From the NCBI GenBank assembly GCA_036172245.1, contig JAYWIR010000016.1, forward strand, positions 2,480,001 through 2,544,000: a stretch of 64,000 bases of DNA, written 5' to 3'. A program made the position numbers and the translations under genes. The stretch comes from Raillietiella orientalis. Its lineage: Eukaryota. Under the pieces are notes generated by a model. That model searched no databases. It saw only the letters and a list, made by a program, of their open reading frames with translations, and was not told where the DNA came from. Below, one piece after another: positions 1 through 12,150 of this stretch; position 1 is the stretch's first letter; the number at the start of each line of letters is the position of its first letter.

Positions 1-140
1 CATCCTGCAGAGGAAACTCGAACCTCACGACGCACCCCGTTTCTCGGCGTCGATCCTTCCCCGGGTGGGGTGCGAACCTTTGCGACGCTCGGGGCACCAT
101 GTACGGAAGCGCCGCAGCCGCATGGCAGCCAATGCGGGCC
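1..140 (-). mobile_element. Partial (5' head) copy of tRNA-headed SINE-like family, cut by window edge
   Basis: Reverse complement reads GGCCCGCATTGGCTGCC...AAGGTTCGCACCCCACCCGGGGAAGGATCGACGCCGAGAAACGGGG...GGTTCGAGTTTCCTCTGCAGGATG, matching the heads at 22625, 40080 and 48322. Confidence 0.75.
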
Positions 141-469
141 GAACTGGCAAGGAGATGGCGGATTCGAGTTTGTTTTGTCTCTCCCAGTGTTTCTATCGAG
201 CGCGATGGCTCCGGAGCAAGTTCCAAAGGGGCTCCAGCCGGGACCTTTGGCCTATCGAGCACGTGGCACACCTTCAGCAAAAATTTGCAGGAAAACCAAC
301 TAAAAAAAGAAGGGAAAAAAGAAAAAAGAGAGAGAAAACAACCTGTGCGCGTCTTCCCGAAGGTCCTGCTCCTCGCTCACCAGGCACCTCGGGATGACTT
401 TCCCATTGCCTTCGGCCCACCTCCCTTTTTGGGGCGTGATTCATTGCCGCTTCGTTCCAACTCTTGAAG

Positions 470-1400
470 GCGGGGTGTGTTCGCTGTTCGATGTTCTCAC
501 TGCTGCGCCATTGGCCATCAGAGTGGGGACCTTCAACCGTTGGCAGGAAAATAAGGGCAGGCGGAAGAGTGCTGATGCTTCATTAATCATGAATCAGTGC
601 TGTTGATCTCTGGGACTGATTTCGCGGATCGAGAGGGAGAATACCACGGCAGTGTCATTCCGAGGGTCACGCCCCGCTTAGAGATCCTGGAAGAGCCCGA
701 TTTTCCGAATCTTCATCTCAGGAGGAGAAAAAGACCCACGTGCTGTTGCTGGCTCTGGCATCGATACCATCCTCGAGATTAATTCCCTCTCCCATCCCCT
801 CCCCCGTCGGTAAACAACAGATCCTGTTGAATCGACTGCCAGAGTTCGGTCTCAACGGCAGCGTCCGTCTGGCGTCTATTTTCCCTGCGGATTTCAATCT
901 TCGTTCTTCTCTCCCAATCCCGGCTTCATCTCCCATTCCTTTTCCCCGCATGGCAGCAAACAGGCCGAAAGTTATTTACTCGAAAGTTGTTCCTGCCTGT
1001 CCCTAATTATCCTAATTATTGGAGCAGATTAAAAGGATGGGAACACCCCGAACTCATCAGGCAGGACCTTGGGAAAACGAATGAAAGTGGTCTTCAGCGC
1101 AGCAGCCCTGGGGATCCCGACTCGCTCCCCGGAATTCGGAAAGGGCGTCACACCTGGAATGAAAGGGAACCATCAAAGCGTTCCCGAGTTAGCCCTGAAG
1201 GGATTCTCATTCAAGATCAGTGCAATCGGCGGAACCTGATGACGAGGTGATTCCGCAGTTGCATCCACAAGGATTTGGGTGGACACGGCCCATGCCTCGC
1301 TCTTGAAAACGGAGTAGATTACCTGGGAACCGAAATGTCTCCTCTCCTCTCATCCTCACTCCTGAACGGTGCCACTCCTTTTCCAGGCTAGCCAGCGTTC
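470..1400 (+). mobile_element. Highly decayed non-LTR retrotransposon (CR1/L2/Jockey-like RT) relic
   Basis: Degenerate RT-like peptides in the expected order across frames: AAPLAIRVGTFNRW..RKSAD (~500-580), QILLNRLPEFGLNGSVRL (~815-870), LIRQDLG (~1053), KDLG (~1269). Recognised by eye only. Confidence 0.4.
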
Positions 1401-1781
1401 CTAGACCTCTGGCATTGCCCTTGCAGAGGACACAATCCTCACGGTGTTTAACCTTTCCTCACGGAGGAGTTCCTTGGAAGGCGGTGATGGCCTCTGTGCG
1501 GTGGAGGCCCAACGACGCAAAGCATCTTGAATCCGTGGATCTTCTCGCAGCTTCCGTCTGATTCGGTGCCAAGCTGAACGCGTGGGTGGCGTCTGCGTTT
1601 CTGGCCCGTCAATCCCTCCAGTCTGGGAAGCTGGATGAGGCTGGAGCGAAATAGAAATCAGCGAAGGATGAATTCGTTTTGAGGTTGCATCTAAGGCGCG
1701 GTAGCCAGCAGCGGCTCGATGTGTAGCGGATGGTCTCGGCCTCGTTCATCCGGCACCGAGACAATGGGAGGCTGCAGAACG

Positions 1782-2115
1782 GATGGAAGACCTCTCGTGC
1801 GTCTGGTACTCCAGGGACACCCAGCCCACATCACGGAAGGAACAACACGAGGGACCGAAAATCAGATACAGCTAGAGGACAGATGAGGAATCCCGGAAAA
1901 TTGATGGGCTCTTGACATTCTTCCGGAATCCCTCATCTTCCCATCTGGGGAGCTCATCGCCTCTCAGACTGTTGCATCCTCAGCCCCCTGTCCTTCGTCT
2001 CGCGGGATCTGACCGCTAGGGCTGTTCCTGATTTGCGGTCCCTCTTGTTGTTTCTCTCGCGACATGGGCTGCGTGGATGTTCCTGGAGTACCGAACGCAC
2101 GAGAGGCCTTCCATC
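1782..2115. mobile_element. Foldback / MITE-like element with ~95-100 bp imperfect inverted arms
   Basis: 1782-1875 (GATGGAAGACCTCTCGTGCGTCTGGTACTCCAGGGACA...) is the imperfect reverse complement of 2016-2115. An inner hairpin GATGAGGAATCCCGGAA...TTCCGGAATCCCTCATC lies at ~1882-1938. No clear TSD. Confidence 0.7.
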
Positions 2116-4649
2116 ACAGCCACGGTTCTTTGCCAGCGGCAACGGAATTGATGATTCTCCGATAGACGGTGTAGTCCAACAATGCACCCTCGCGTGGTAA
2201 GGGTGTCAGCTCGAATGTTTGGCGATGACCTCTCCCCTTCCTCCCGAGAGGCGTTGCAAGTGCATTCGGAGCCATTCAGGGGTGGAGTGCGTCGTCCGGC
2301 CGGACTCGATCCCTGTTGCTTCTCCGTCGACTCGAAAGACGCAATCGAACCGCATCTGCACGAGGAGGGACTGCAAATTCTCTTCGGGCGCAGGATTCAA
2401 GGACCAAAGTGACAGGAGAGGGGCATAGATACGATTCCAACGGAAATGGAAATGGAAGGATCTTGGATTTGCGGGCGGGAGAGACAAAAGCAAAAAAACA
2501 CGAGCAGGAGACCTTCGTGCATCTCTCAACGAGGAGGAACTGAAACCAAATATTCATCTGATGATAGCTGCGGTGACGTCTCTCTCCGAACGCTCCACTC
2601 TGGAAGGATCGTTTACAGGGTCAAGGGGAAGCCAACGTCAGAGGATGTCTACGAGCAACGGATGCTCAGGATGGGACATTCGAAAGAACGGAGACGCAGC
2701 AGGACTAGCAGCTGGTACAGCAGCGTGGGAAGAATGAGAGGGAAAACGAGATGGACGTTCAACGTCGCGAACGGAAGGAAGACGCAGGAACGCACCACTA
2801 GTGCTCGCACAGCAGCTCCGTTTGCTTACTTCACACGAAACCCAGCAAGAGCACAGGGAAGTTGTCCGCCGATTCCTTCTGGATCATTAGCAAGGACAGG
2901 ACCGCCGAATGTTAAACACATGAGGAAGACTGTGGACTGGCTGCCGGCTGCTGGCTGCTTGCTTGGCAAGGAGAGAGCAGAAGGAAAAACTGCAACAGAA
3001 GGGAGTGAGGCAGTTCCCAGGACGCTCCCCTTCCAGCCACGTAGTGCCGGGAAAGCTCCGTGCGCGCAACTCCGAAGCGCTGGGGTGGTCCTCCAGCCGA
3101 CCACTCGGGGGCCCCTTTTTCTCATCAGGGAAGCAACGGCTCGTCCCTCCCCAGTATCCGAGGCGCAGCCACTCGGCCTTGAAGTCTTCAGCCCCCAAGC
3201 CGAGAATCCTCGCTCCCCGCTGGTTGCCTGCGCTCCCTCCTGGATTGCCTAGGGGACCCCAGCGTCCTCTGAAGAAGCACAGAAGAACCAACTCTGAGAC
3301 TCCTCCGTAGCGGATGGGCTGCTGCTGCGAACTCTCCAAGGGACGAGGTCCGACCCACTGCAAAGAACTCCGCCCACACCTGGATCGGTGCGAGCCGATG
3401 GTCTCTCGAAGACATCGGGCTGAGGGGTCACAGGCACAAATTCCCCCACTCCCGCCCCTTCTGTTCCTTGCGCGGTGCAGCAGAGCTATTCCCGTCTTTC
3501 GGAATCTTCATCTCATGGAGAATCGGTCTGTCGAGGAAGGCGATGGCGTCCCTCAGCTTTCTTCGCTTCCTCTTGCCGTTTTACCATCCCGGCCGCATAG
3601 GAGGAGGGGAGAGGGAGTTCAGACAGGAAGAGGGTCCCATGAAATCTTTATTTGCAACAGTTTTCCAGAAGGATACATGCCGAAGCGTGCATTTCCTCTC
3701 TCGCGGCGGGAAAGGAAGGAGGGGGGAGAGGGGATGGACGGAATTTCTAGGAACGGAGAAACCCGAGGGCGGCCGTAGCAACGCTTCGCCAGATTGCGTA
3801 AGCGTCGCGCCATCGGGAACATTCTGCAGTCCCGGGCGAAGCCGCACGTAATCTCCGGGTAATTAAATCCTATCAAAGGAAGCGAGAATGGACGTAAGAA
3901 GGATGCGGACGATCCAGGAACGGTGCGTGCGTGCGTGCGTGTGGGGGGAGGAGCTCCCGTTCGCGAGACGCACGAGGAGCCATTCGGCCAGCGCGTGAGC
4001 TGGTGCGAAGGTGGGAACCAAGAGCGCGACGCTCACTTTTCCACCCCTCCTCTCTGGCAGAAGGGGGATCGCAGGTGCGTCCTCTTCCTCCCAGGGCCCG
4101 AAGAGAGCAAAGTCATGCTCTTGAGACCGGGATGTCTGGGGAAGGGGGGATCGATTCAAGAGATCCGGCATCAGCGCAGACAGATTTGAGGGAGAGCAAT
4201 GATCCTCACAGATCCCGCCAGATCTACGTACATTCCGCCAAGCTTCGCAGTTCTTAAATCAGGTCACCTCCGGGACGGTTATTCAGATTAAATAAACAGA
4301 TACGAATGTGCTTTGGAGGTGCAATTCGGGGAATGCTGATCTTCTGGAGGCTGGCTGCTAAGAGGAAAGCACGCTCGGTGAGGAGAGGTCGAGGGGGCAC
4401 TGGAGGGCAGCTTGAGAGGCGCTCGGGGCAAGGAAGCTTCGTAACTGTTGGAGAGGAACTGATTTGCCGTGTGTGTTCAATAGCTAGGGCGTCCCTGTTG
4501 AAGCGAGGTACTCTGTGCCGGTCAGTCCCTCCTCCACGGGTCATGCTCGCTAGCGAGAGGTCGTCCGGCACCGAGGATTCTCCCTATTGGAAAGAGACTG
4601 AATCTTTTCGGCGCTGTGCGAGTTCCTGAAGGGTGGAGGTATCCTTCGA

Positions 4650-5450
4650 ACGCATGCAGCGTGTAGGGCTGTACTCGGTCCCGTGGATGCTGACAGGCGG
4701 TCTCCAAGTGCTGGTTTCAGCGATCGCTCGGAAAGCCGACACCTCTAGAAGGCTCCAGGCCATTTACAGCCTGCATTTGTCTTCCCTATCCTCCAGTTCC
4801 TTCGATCTCCCCCTTCCTTTGATACGCCTTCTTGGGATGTGAGCGGAGGAAGAGTCAAGCCTCATGAGAGCAATCCTCGACCAAAAACGTGAAGTTTTCC
4901 GGGACGGTCGAACGAAGCTCCTCTTCGGTACTCCCTGCTTTGAGGACGCGCCTGAAGAGTGTTCTTGCTGCGTTTTTTCGCTCCTACGCAGCCGCACTCA
5001 CATCACCCAATCCCGAGATATCTGAAGATGAAACCTGAGGTATTCCCCTCCCCAATGTGCACGCCTGTAGGGCTGCCGAAGACGTCCCGTTGCTGCCTTT
5101 GCTTTGCGGTTCTTCCCAGCGTTCTCCTAAGAGCTACTCTACAAACCCACCGAGAATCCAGTTCTTTGAATCTAAAGTACAATATCGGTCCTTTCCCTTC
5201 CGCAAAAGGCCTCATGAGACCTCCTCAACTATCCTCATCTGCACTTGGGGCATCCTTCAGGACGAAGTAGCAAATCTTCCACCACCTGTTCCCTCGTTCT
5301 ACTGCTTTCCTTGGGCAGTTCCCAGAGCTTCTACTGCTCCCTTCTTAGTCGAGCTCTATGATTTTTGCTCCTCATATCGGCTTGAAGTACGTGAACTTCC
5401 AGCTGCAGGAATCTGCCTTGATCTCCGGAGCCAGAATGCATGGATCCGTC
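4650..5450 (-). mobile_element. Decayed non-LTR RT relic
   Basis: Minus-strand peptides SCSWKFTYFKPI (~5375-5410; cf. PSCWKxAxIQP), GIPQ (~5035-5047) and LLEVS..TWRPPV (~4695-4755), in RT order. Confidence 0.4.
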
Positions 5451-6375
5451 ACGCATCGAGTCCTCCGCTGCCGAGCACCTCTTTTGCCTTCCGGTTTTCA
5501 TCTCCCAAGAGATTCTGCTTGGATACGACCTTGTGCTTTAGATCCACTCGTACCGAATCCCCCTTCTCCCCTCCCCCCCATGAAAGCTGGAGAAGGTCAC
5601 GAGTCTCATCTTGGTCCTTTTCCTTGTTTTTGTTCATCCGAGTGTGTGTGTGTTTTCAGAAGGAAGGGAGAAGGAGGACTTTAGAGGAATTCTTCTGGAT
5701 GCTTGACTCCTTCCTGTCGGCTTGGCATTCTCATCAGCCCAATGTACCATGCGCGCGCATCCACCAGGCGACTGGCGGGAGCGCCCGGCGTCTGGGGACG
5801 GACTCGATGCACGGTGACGTCAGCTTCTGCTGTGGGCCCCATTCGGGAGTGGGGTATCGAAAGCGAAAGGAAGCCCCTGAGGTCTGAGCGCGTTCTTGTC
5901 GAATAGACAAACTCTTGCGGCGTGGAGGATGAGGCAGCCGCGGGAAAAGGGGAGAGTGGGGAACAGCGGGTGAAAGGACCACGCGTCACGATGGTAGGTG
6001 CCGAATGCAGGCGCTTTCGCTTCCTTCTTTCCACGAGGGGAGGAATTTATCAGTTCCTGTTAATGATCTGAGGGGGAACAAGGATTTGCTTTTCAAGGAA
6101 TGTATCTTTTGTCATGGTTTTATGGTGTAGAGTGCTCTCTGGCTAGGCATCCAGGGGAAGGGAGCATCGCAGTTCGGCGGCAGGCGTGGGCGGGAACGGC
6201 TCTATGGCCTTGCTCCCTGGACGCAGGTCTCAGGGATGCCACTCACTCTCAAAATGTCGGTGTTTGCTGCACAGAATGGTTCATCGAAAAGAAGGGCATC
6301 ATCACAAGTTGCAGAGTCATGGGAAACGCGGAGCTGGGCTCTTGCTTGCCCCGTGTAAGACAGCACTTCCCGGTC

Positions 6376-6429
6376 CTTCTGAGAGAAGCTCATGCACGCC
6401 CATGAGCTTCTGAGAGAAGCTCATGGGCG
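6376..6429. repeat. Perfect 15-bp-stem palindrome overlapping a 19-bp direct repeat
   Basis: CGCCCATGAGCTTCT-GAG-AGAAGCTCATGGGCG at 6397-6429; CTTCTGAGAGAAGCTCATG at 6376-6394 and 6407-6425. Confidence 0.9.
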
Positions 6430-6449
6430 CCTCTCGAGGGTGTAGCAGC

Positions 6450-7150
6450 ACCCACTTGAATGCCTGGAGCCGCCGAGGAGACACAACGACTGCGATGTAG
6501 GGGGAGGAGCGAGAGGAATGGGTGGTTCCAACTCGTCATTATAAATTGAGTTTTGTGCCCTGAGGGTAGAAGACACGCTGTCCAGCAAGTCATCTAATTT
6601 GTTGCGTGGACCAGTGGGAATAGAGCTGAGTGGACGCACTCGTGGGTGAGTGATAGATTCACAGAGAATCCGTTTCGGCGGTTGAATGCGTTGAGAGCCC
6701 TCCTGCCATCTCCAGAGGTCACCAAAGGTCGTCGGGCAGCGGTTTGCATGATTTGATCTCCATAAGGAGCTGCAGCTTCACAGGAATGTTCGTTATTTCC
6801 TGGAAAAAGGTGGACCCTTCTGCGGCTTCTTCCTGAACCCCTGTCCCTACTGGGGGCCCCGAAAGCGCCCTCCCTGTGTCGCACACTCGCACACCACCTG
6901 CCGTTAGAACCGGTTCGATCACAGGGACTCCCACAGGAAGATTCTCCATTCCAAGAGATCGTGGAGCCCGGACCTTTCCTCGGCCGATAAACCTGCTCCC
7001 GGGAGGGTTTCATCCGAAACTAACCCACGTTCCCCCAAGCACAAAGGCGACCTGAAACTTCCATTTTGCGGTCGAATGTACTCCTTGATTCCTGCGTCCG
7101 CTGCGCTCCGCCGGAGCGCGACTTTTCCTCTGCGTAATTCCATTTTCGCA
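6450..7150 (-). mobile_element. Decayed non-LTR RT relic (L2/CR1-like)
   Basis: ORF 6594-7013(-) has SREQVYRPRKGPGST (cf. SDxQYGFRKGRST), GESS..DRTGSNGRW (cf. ALDISKAFDRVW) and LVTSG. KTQFI follows in ORF 6390-6593(-). Confidence 0.4.
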
Positions 7151-9427
7151 GCCTCCGGGAGGATGAGGAGCGTGAGAAGGAGAAAGATCACTCCCGGCGT
7201 CTCGTCCCGCGTCTGCCGTTTGGGAGCACCGATTCCTTTTGGAGTTTCTCCCAAGACACCTGGGAGGCTGTCCTCGCTTCTGTTTGCTTTTCGGTTCCCG
7301 GGCTCTTCCCTTTCCCAAGTCCCTTCCTCTTCCCCTGGACTGCTGCCCTTCGTGATGGAAAACCCTCCGGGTTCAAGAAAAGCCCGGGGACGTTCCTCGG
7401 GCTTCTCTCGAGCTCGAAGAGTTTTTTTTTTTTAATCCCGCATGCTCCCCTCCTGAGTCTGCATGTCCCATTCTCGGTCTGGAAATTTCCCTTCTGGCTC
7501 CTTTCTCTTCCCCCTTCCAGACAGAAAGAGTTTCCGGGAAGAATTTCCTGAACCCCCGAGGAAGAATCGCATGCCCTCCGCGAGGTCCCCGCCGAACGCT
7601 CCCGGAACCAAGGACTTCTGGATCCTCCTCACGAGACGATCCTCATGGGCTGGATGCACCCGGGAGTTGTCCTCGGCAACCCAGCGCAGGGAGGGAGGAG
7701 GGAAGGGAGGCGTCCTCGCGGCAGCGAAGCCCGTGGAGACGCTGCCTGGTACCCTCCCTTTGCGTGTTTTCGGAAGTGGCCGATCCGAAGCGGGAACGAG
7801 CGGAATCCCTCCTGGAGGAGCCATCTAGGAAGGTCGTGCATGAAGGAAGGAAGGGGAAGACCTTGAGAAATGCTCCGCGATCGGAGACCGCCAGCGTCGA
7901 CGGCGGAGAAAGGTTGCGGGGGGGGGGGGGCTGGCTGGACGGGCTGAGACGAAAGAGCCCAGAGGTCACGGGGTGGCCGCCATCCAGAGTCGTGAGGCGG
8001 CACAGGCTGCGTGGAGGAGGAAGGAAACGAGGGAGTGAGCAAGAGCGATGCATGTTTTCGTCCCTATCAAGGGAAGGGCCGGAAAGATGCGCAGAGGGGG
8101 AAGAGAAGGGGCGGGCCGTCTACTCGTCACCCCACTTTCCGAAGGCTCGTCCCAAAGTTTTAGTTGGTGTCCCGGGAGGTGGGTAGCCCTGGACGAGGAG
8201 CAGAAGATCCGCTTTCCCCCTTTCCCTGGAAAGTGGTCTCCTGCTGCCTTTCTGACGACCTCCTCAAACCCAGAATTTTTCTTTAAAGGGAGCAGCGAGA
8301 AGCAAATAGGGGACGGGGGAGGAGAAGCACGGAGTCGTGCGCGGTGCCTTCGGAGTTTCCGAACTCCAGCCGCGGACTGAGGGCATCGCGAGCGTTTCGC
8401 TAATCAGGAATTGGCTCCACATCTTCCAGCTTCGCACCAGGGCTAAATCTCGTTCTCCCAGCTGTGGGACCTCTCATGTACTCGAGATGGAACCGTTGCA
8501 GAGGCGTTCCGGCACGGGAGAGCATCCTCTATGCGATGACATGTAGTGGATGCCCCCACGTGAGGGCGCAGTTCGCTGAGGGGTCTCAGCAGGGAACCCG
8601 GGTGCCCCTTTAGCCGGTCTCCCGGTGCCGGTCCACAGGACTCGCTCGTGGCCCCTCCAGCCGGGAGGGCGGATCTAGACCTGAGGCGCGACACTGCGCC
8701 TCCTCGTCCGCTCTCACGAGGTGTCGCGAGCGCGCGAAAAAGCGTTCAGGCGGCGGATTGGCATCCTCGCCTCCTCTCTGGGGGATCTCGGGAGAACCCA
8801 ACTCGAATGCGGAGAGCCCGGAGGACTTCATCGCTTCCACCTTTACGGAGGTCGAAGATGCCTGGCCCTCCGCACGAGTCCATTGTGGGAAAGAAGGAAC
8901 TAGGAGCCTGGTGCTCATAAAAGTGGAACTTTTCTCCACCGTGCGCGCGTACGGGGGAGGTTCCACCTTCCAGACGGAGGGTGCGCGGAGACTCCGATGC
9001 CTCAGATGAAGACCAGAGGCGGCACACGGGAAAGGAGCCTCCTCCCGTCACACTGGAGCCAGAGCGCTCCTGCGACGTTCAGCCGGGACACGGGAAAGCG
9101 GTAGCAGGCCCCTCCCTTCCTCCCCCCTCTTCTTCCGGAATCATCCCTGATGGGTGTGGCAGGCGGCGGCCACCAAGCCAGATGCATTCTTCAAGAGCAG
9201 GAAGCGCCGTCGCCCGTCTTGCCTGCCTGCTGCCTCTCGGTCTCACGAAAAGGAGGGACAGGTTCCACGGAGGTAGTTTCCAGGTTCCCGTGGAGCCACG
9301 TGACCGCCGGCGCATGGGGGAATAGTTAGAACTACGTCCATCTTCCCGTGCGTGGTTGGCGTGGGTGGACGGACCGACTCCTGGCAACGATCTCTCGTCT
9401 CTAAAAGCTGCGTCTTGGTGTTTCCAG

Positions 9428-9519
9428 GGGCATCATGAGGAAGGATGAAGGCCGTCCATTAAGGAAGATTTCGTTGAACCGGGCGAGGACTCTGCCTGCC
9501 ATCCTCGTATCCAAATTTG
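9428..9519 (+). CDS. Candidate distal N-terminal coding exon, probably of the ANKFN1/wake-like gene (GIMRKDEGRPLRKISLNRARTLPAILVSKF)
   Basis: Acceptor gtgtttccAG at 9427, strong donor G/GTGAGT at 9520, open frame with ATG at 9435. It ends in phase 1, matching the phase-1 exons at 29035 and 58195. RxRTLPAI resembles my recollection of arthropod wake N-termini (unverified). Confidence 0.5.
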
Positions 9520-11479
9520 GTGAGTACAAGTTAAGATGATTTATGGTTTCCCGGGGGCACGGGACCAAGCGATCATTCCGTCGCGAGGGAGGCAGGGAGA
9601 AGAAGAAGGGGAGGGGGGAGGAAGGCGCGCTCTTGCGGCCGCATCTGATTGGTCCGAAGTTGACTACTGCGCTTCTCACTCCTCTCGGACTGCTCCCGCA
9701 TCTCCCGAAATCGGAAAGGACGGAGCATTCGGTTCCCGAAGGATTTTGGAATGCATCGGTGGATGGATGTACTCTGTCGTCGTTTGAGGTCTCCTCGGCA
9801 TCCCTCGCTGGCGTCAGGCAAAGCTCCCGGCTCCTTAGATCGAAGAGGAATTCCTCAGATGGGAGGGGACGGGTTGCGAAGAGCGAGAGAAAGGAGGAAA
9901 CGAGGGGGAGGGAGAGAAAGGGGGGGAGGGAAAGGAAGAGGAGAGATGTAGAAGAGGGGGCAGGTGGGTTGTCATCCGGCATCCTGCCTCCTCCAGAGAC
10001 GAGTAACACCAGCAGCAGGAGAGCAGAGAGGGAAGCGAATGCGCGATGGAATCTGCATCCCTTGCTCCGTCGGCAGCGCGAGACTCCCGTCTTCCACCCT
10101 CCAACCCACCCTTCTCTGCCGGTGTGGTCGAAACCCCGACGGCGCAGGCGCACAAAAAAATGGCGGTGTTCCCCCCTCTGAGTGTGTTCACCTGCTGAAC
10201 TGCGTGTTGATGCATTGCAGCATTCACGAGGGAGCGCGGTGACCGATGTGGCGGTGGCCAAAGGTCAAAGGGAAACCGAGATGGCGAGCTTTTAGCGGGA
10301 CCGAGCGCCCACGGGACCAAGAGCCTTGGGGGAGCGAGGCACGTCGGTGTGACCTCCCTGGCTCCATCTGGATGCAACGGCAAGGGAGTGACGATGCGGA
10401 TTTCCTCTCCATCTCTTCTCCTTCCATCCCTAGAGCAGCAGGAGTCGAGGAAACCGAAAGCCTCTCACCTTGGTCCAAATTCCCTCCTCCCGTTTCTACA
10501 CTCTGCTTCCACGAGCAGGTGCAACCGGCCCGCCGCCTGCTGTTCCGCCCACCCGCCCATGCAGTGCGCCTTCTCCGAGGATAAGAAAGGACGCCCAACC
10601 TCTCCTCCCATGACCATGACATTTCTTACGAATTCCCTTGACTCACGCGCATGCTACCAAAACGAGCGCCAAACGGAGCTGCGGAGGCTGCTGAGTGGAT
10701 CGCGGAAGAAAACGGCGCAAACGTTCACAGGGAAAGCTTTCCGAGCAGAGGAGGGAAGGAAGGAGGAGAGAGCGTTTCCACGATCCCTCCACGTGCCCTG
10801 AGGAGAAGGAAGGTGAGGGGTGGATGTCATGGAGAAGGAGCGAGTGATCCACTCGCTAGCGAGGAAGGGGAAGGAAGGAAGAGGAAGACAGAGGAGAAGA
10901 GCGAGAGACGGGCTGGAACCAGCTGACACCATCACTTCTGGACCTACTGGCCATCTTCCCGTTCCCTTGCCCTCTCTGGTGGATTGTCAGAAGAGAGGCG
11001 TCCTTTCTGGCAGGAGAGAACTTCACCCCTGCTCGAACCCTCTCTCGACAGTGATTGAGGAGATTCCATGCAGGGGATTACGAGGAAGGAGTCAATTAAT
11101 GGAGAGTCTGACCACCCGCCTCTCTCGTGACCTTTCTTTCCTCAATCTCCCACCCCCACTCTAAGATAGGAAAGGAAACTACTGCCCTCCTCCCGCCGTA
11201 GCGCGCTGACTCATCCTCTGCAGCTGGCGCTGCTGAGCTCGGCCTGCGCGCTGAACCGAGGCAGAAGCGGTTTCTGCGGCAAATGAGACCAAGAGCCGCA
11301 GCCATCACCCGGGTTTAAGTGGGGCGACCGCTTTCCGCTTCCCCTTGATCTTTGCCCAGCCATTCCCTCCCTCTCTCCGCGTATGCGAGCGAGCCCTGGG
11401 GAGAAGCAGCACCGATGGCAGGGTCAGGCGAACCGCGGTGTCTTCCGGGATGAGGCCAAGTGCAGGAGAGACTCCTCCT

Positions 11480-12150
11480 GGTAAGTGACTGGTGAGTCTT
11501 GATGGTCCTGGTAAATTACTGCCTCAGCCGCCGCAGTCATGATTCATGGAGTGCTCCCGGTTCTAGGAGCAGTCACGCGGAGCAATCGTTACGTTCCTTT
11601 CCTCTGGGACTGCTCCCATCTTCCAGAGAGGGAAGGACTCCTTTGCGGGTGATTGGGGCGAGAGGCGAGCTCCTGAATGCTGGAGTGTGGCTTGCAGGCT
11701 CTCCTGGATCAGGTTTTATCTGGAGGAAAGCTACTCCGGGAGGACACTCCGGGAGTCCCTCCGCGAAAGACTATCAGCAGAATGCTCTGGTTCGCAAATT
11801 CCCTTCCTCCTTTCTCTTCTTTTTCCTCCTCTTGTCGTGATCCTGACCTTGCCTGTCAGCTGCGAGGAAGATCATGCTCTCTCCTCTACTAATAGTAATT
11901 TCGGAGGTTTTCGGTTACCGGACGATCTCAGAGGGTCGATCCCGGTCTGGCAGGACCGGGAGCAGCCGCATCTCATGAGCGGTTTGCCCAAGGAGCAGAA
12001 GCAGGTCGGCCTTTTTAGTAAGGCCAACTTTCAGGAGGCATCTCTACTCCCCAGAGAGCTTACCTCTTGCTGTACCGGAATTCCTCATGCAACAAGGCTC
12101 GCACGCAGCTTCTGGACAGGATCGCTTTTCTGCTTCGTGAAAAAGCTCGT
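11480..12150 (+). mobile_element. Decayed non-LTR RT relic
   Basis: RLSWIRFYL (~11696-11722), GVPPRKTISRMLWFANSLP (~11752-11810; cf. GVPQGSVLSPxLFxxxINDLP), FRLPDDL and QVGLF follow in RT order. Confidence 0.45.
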
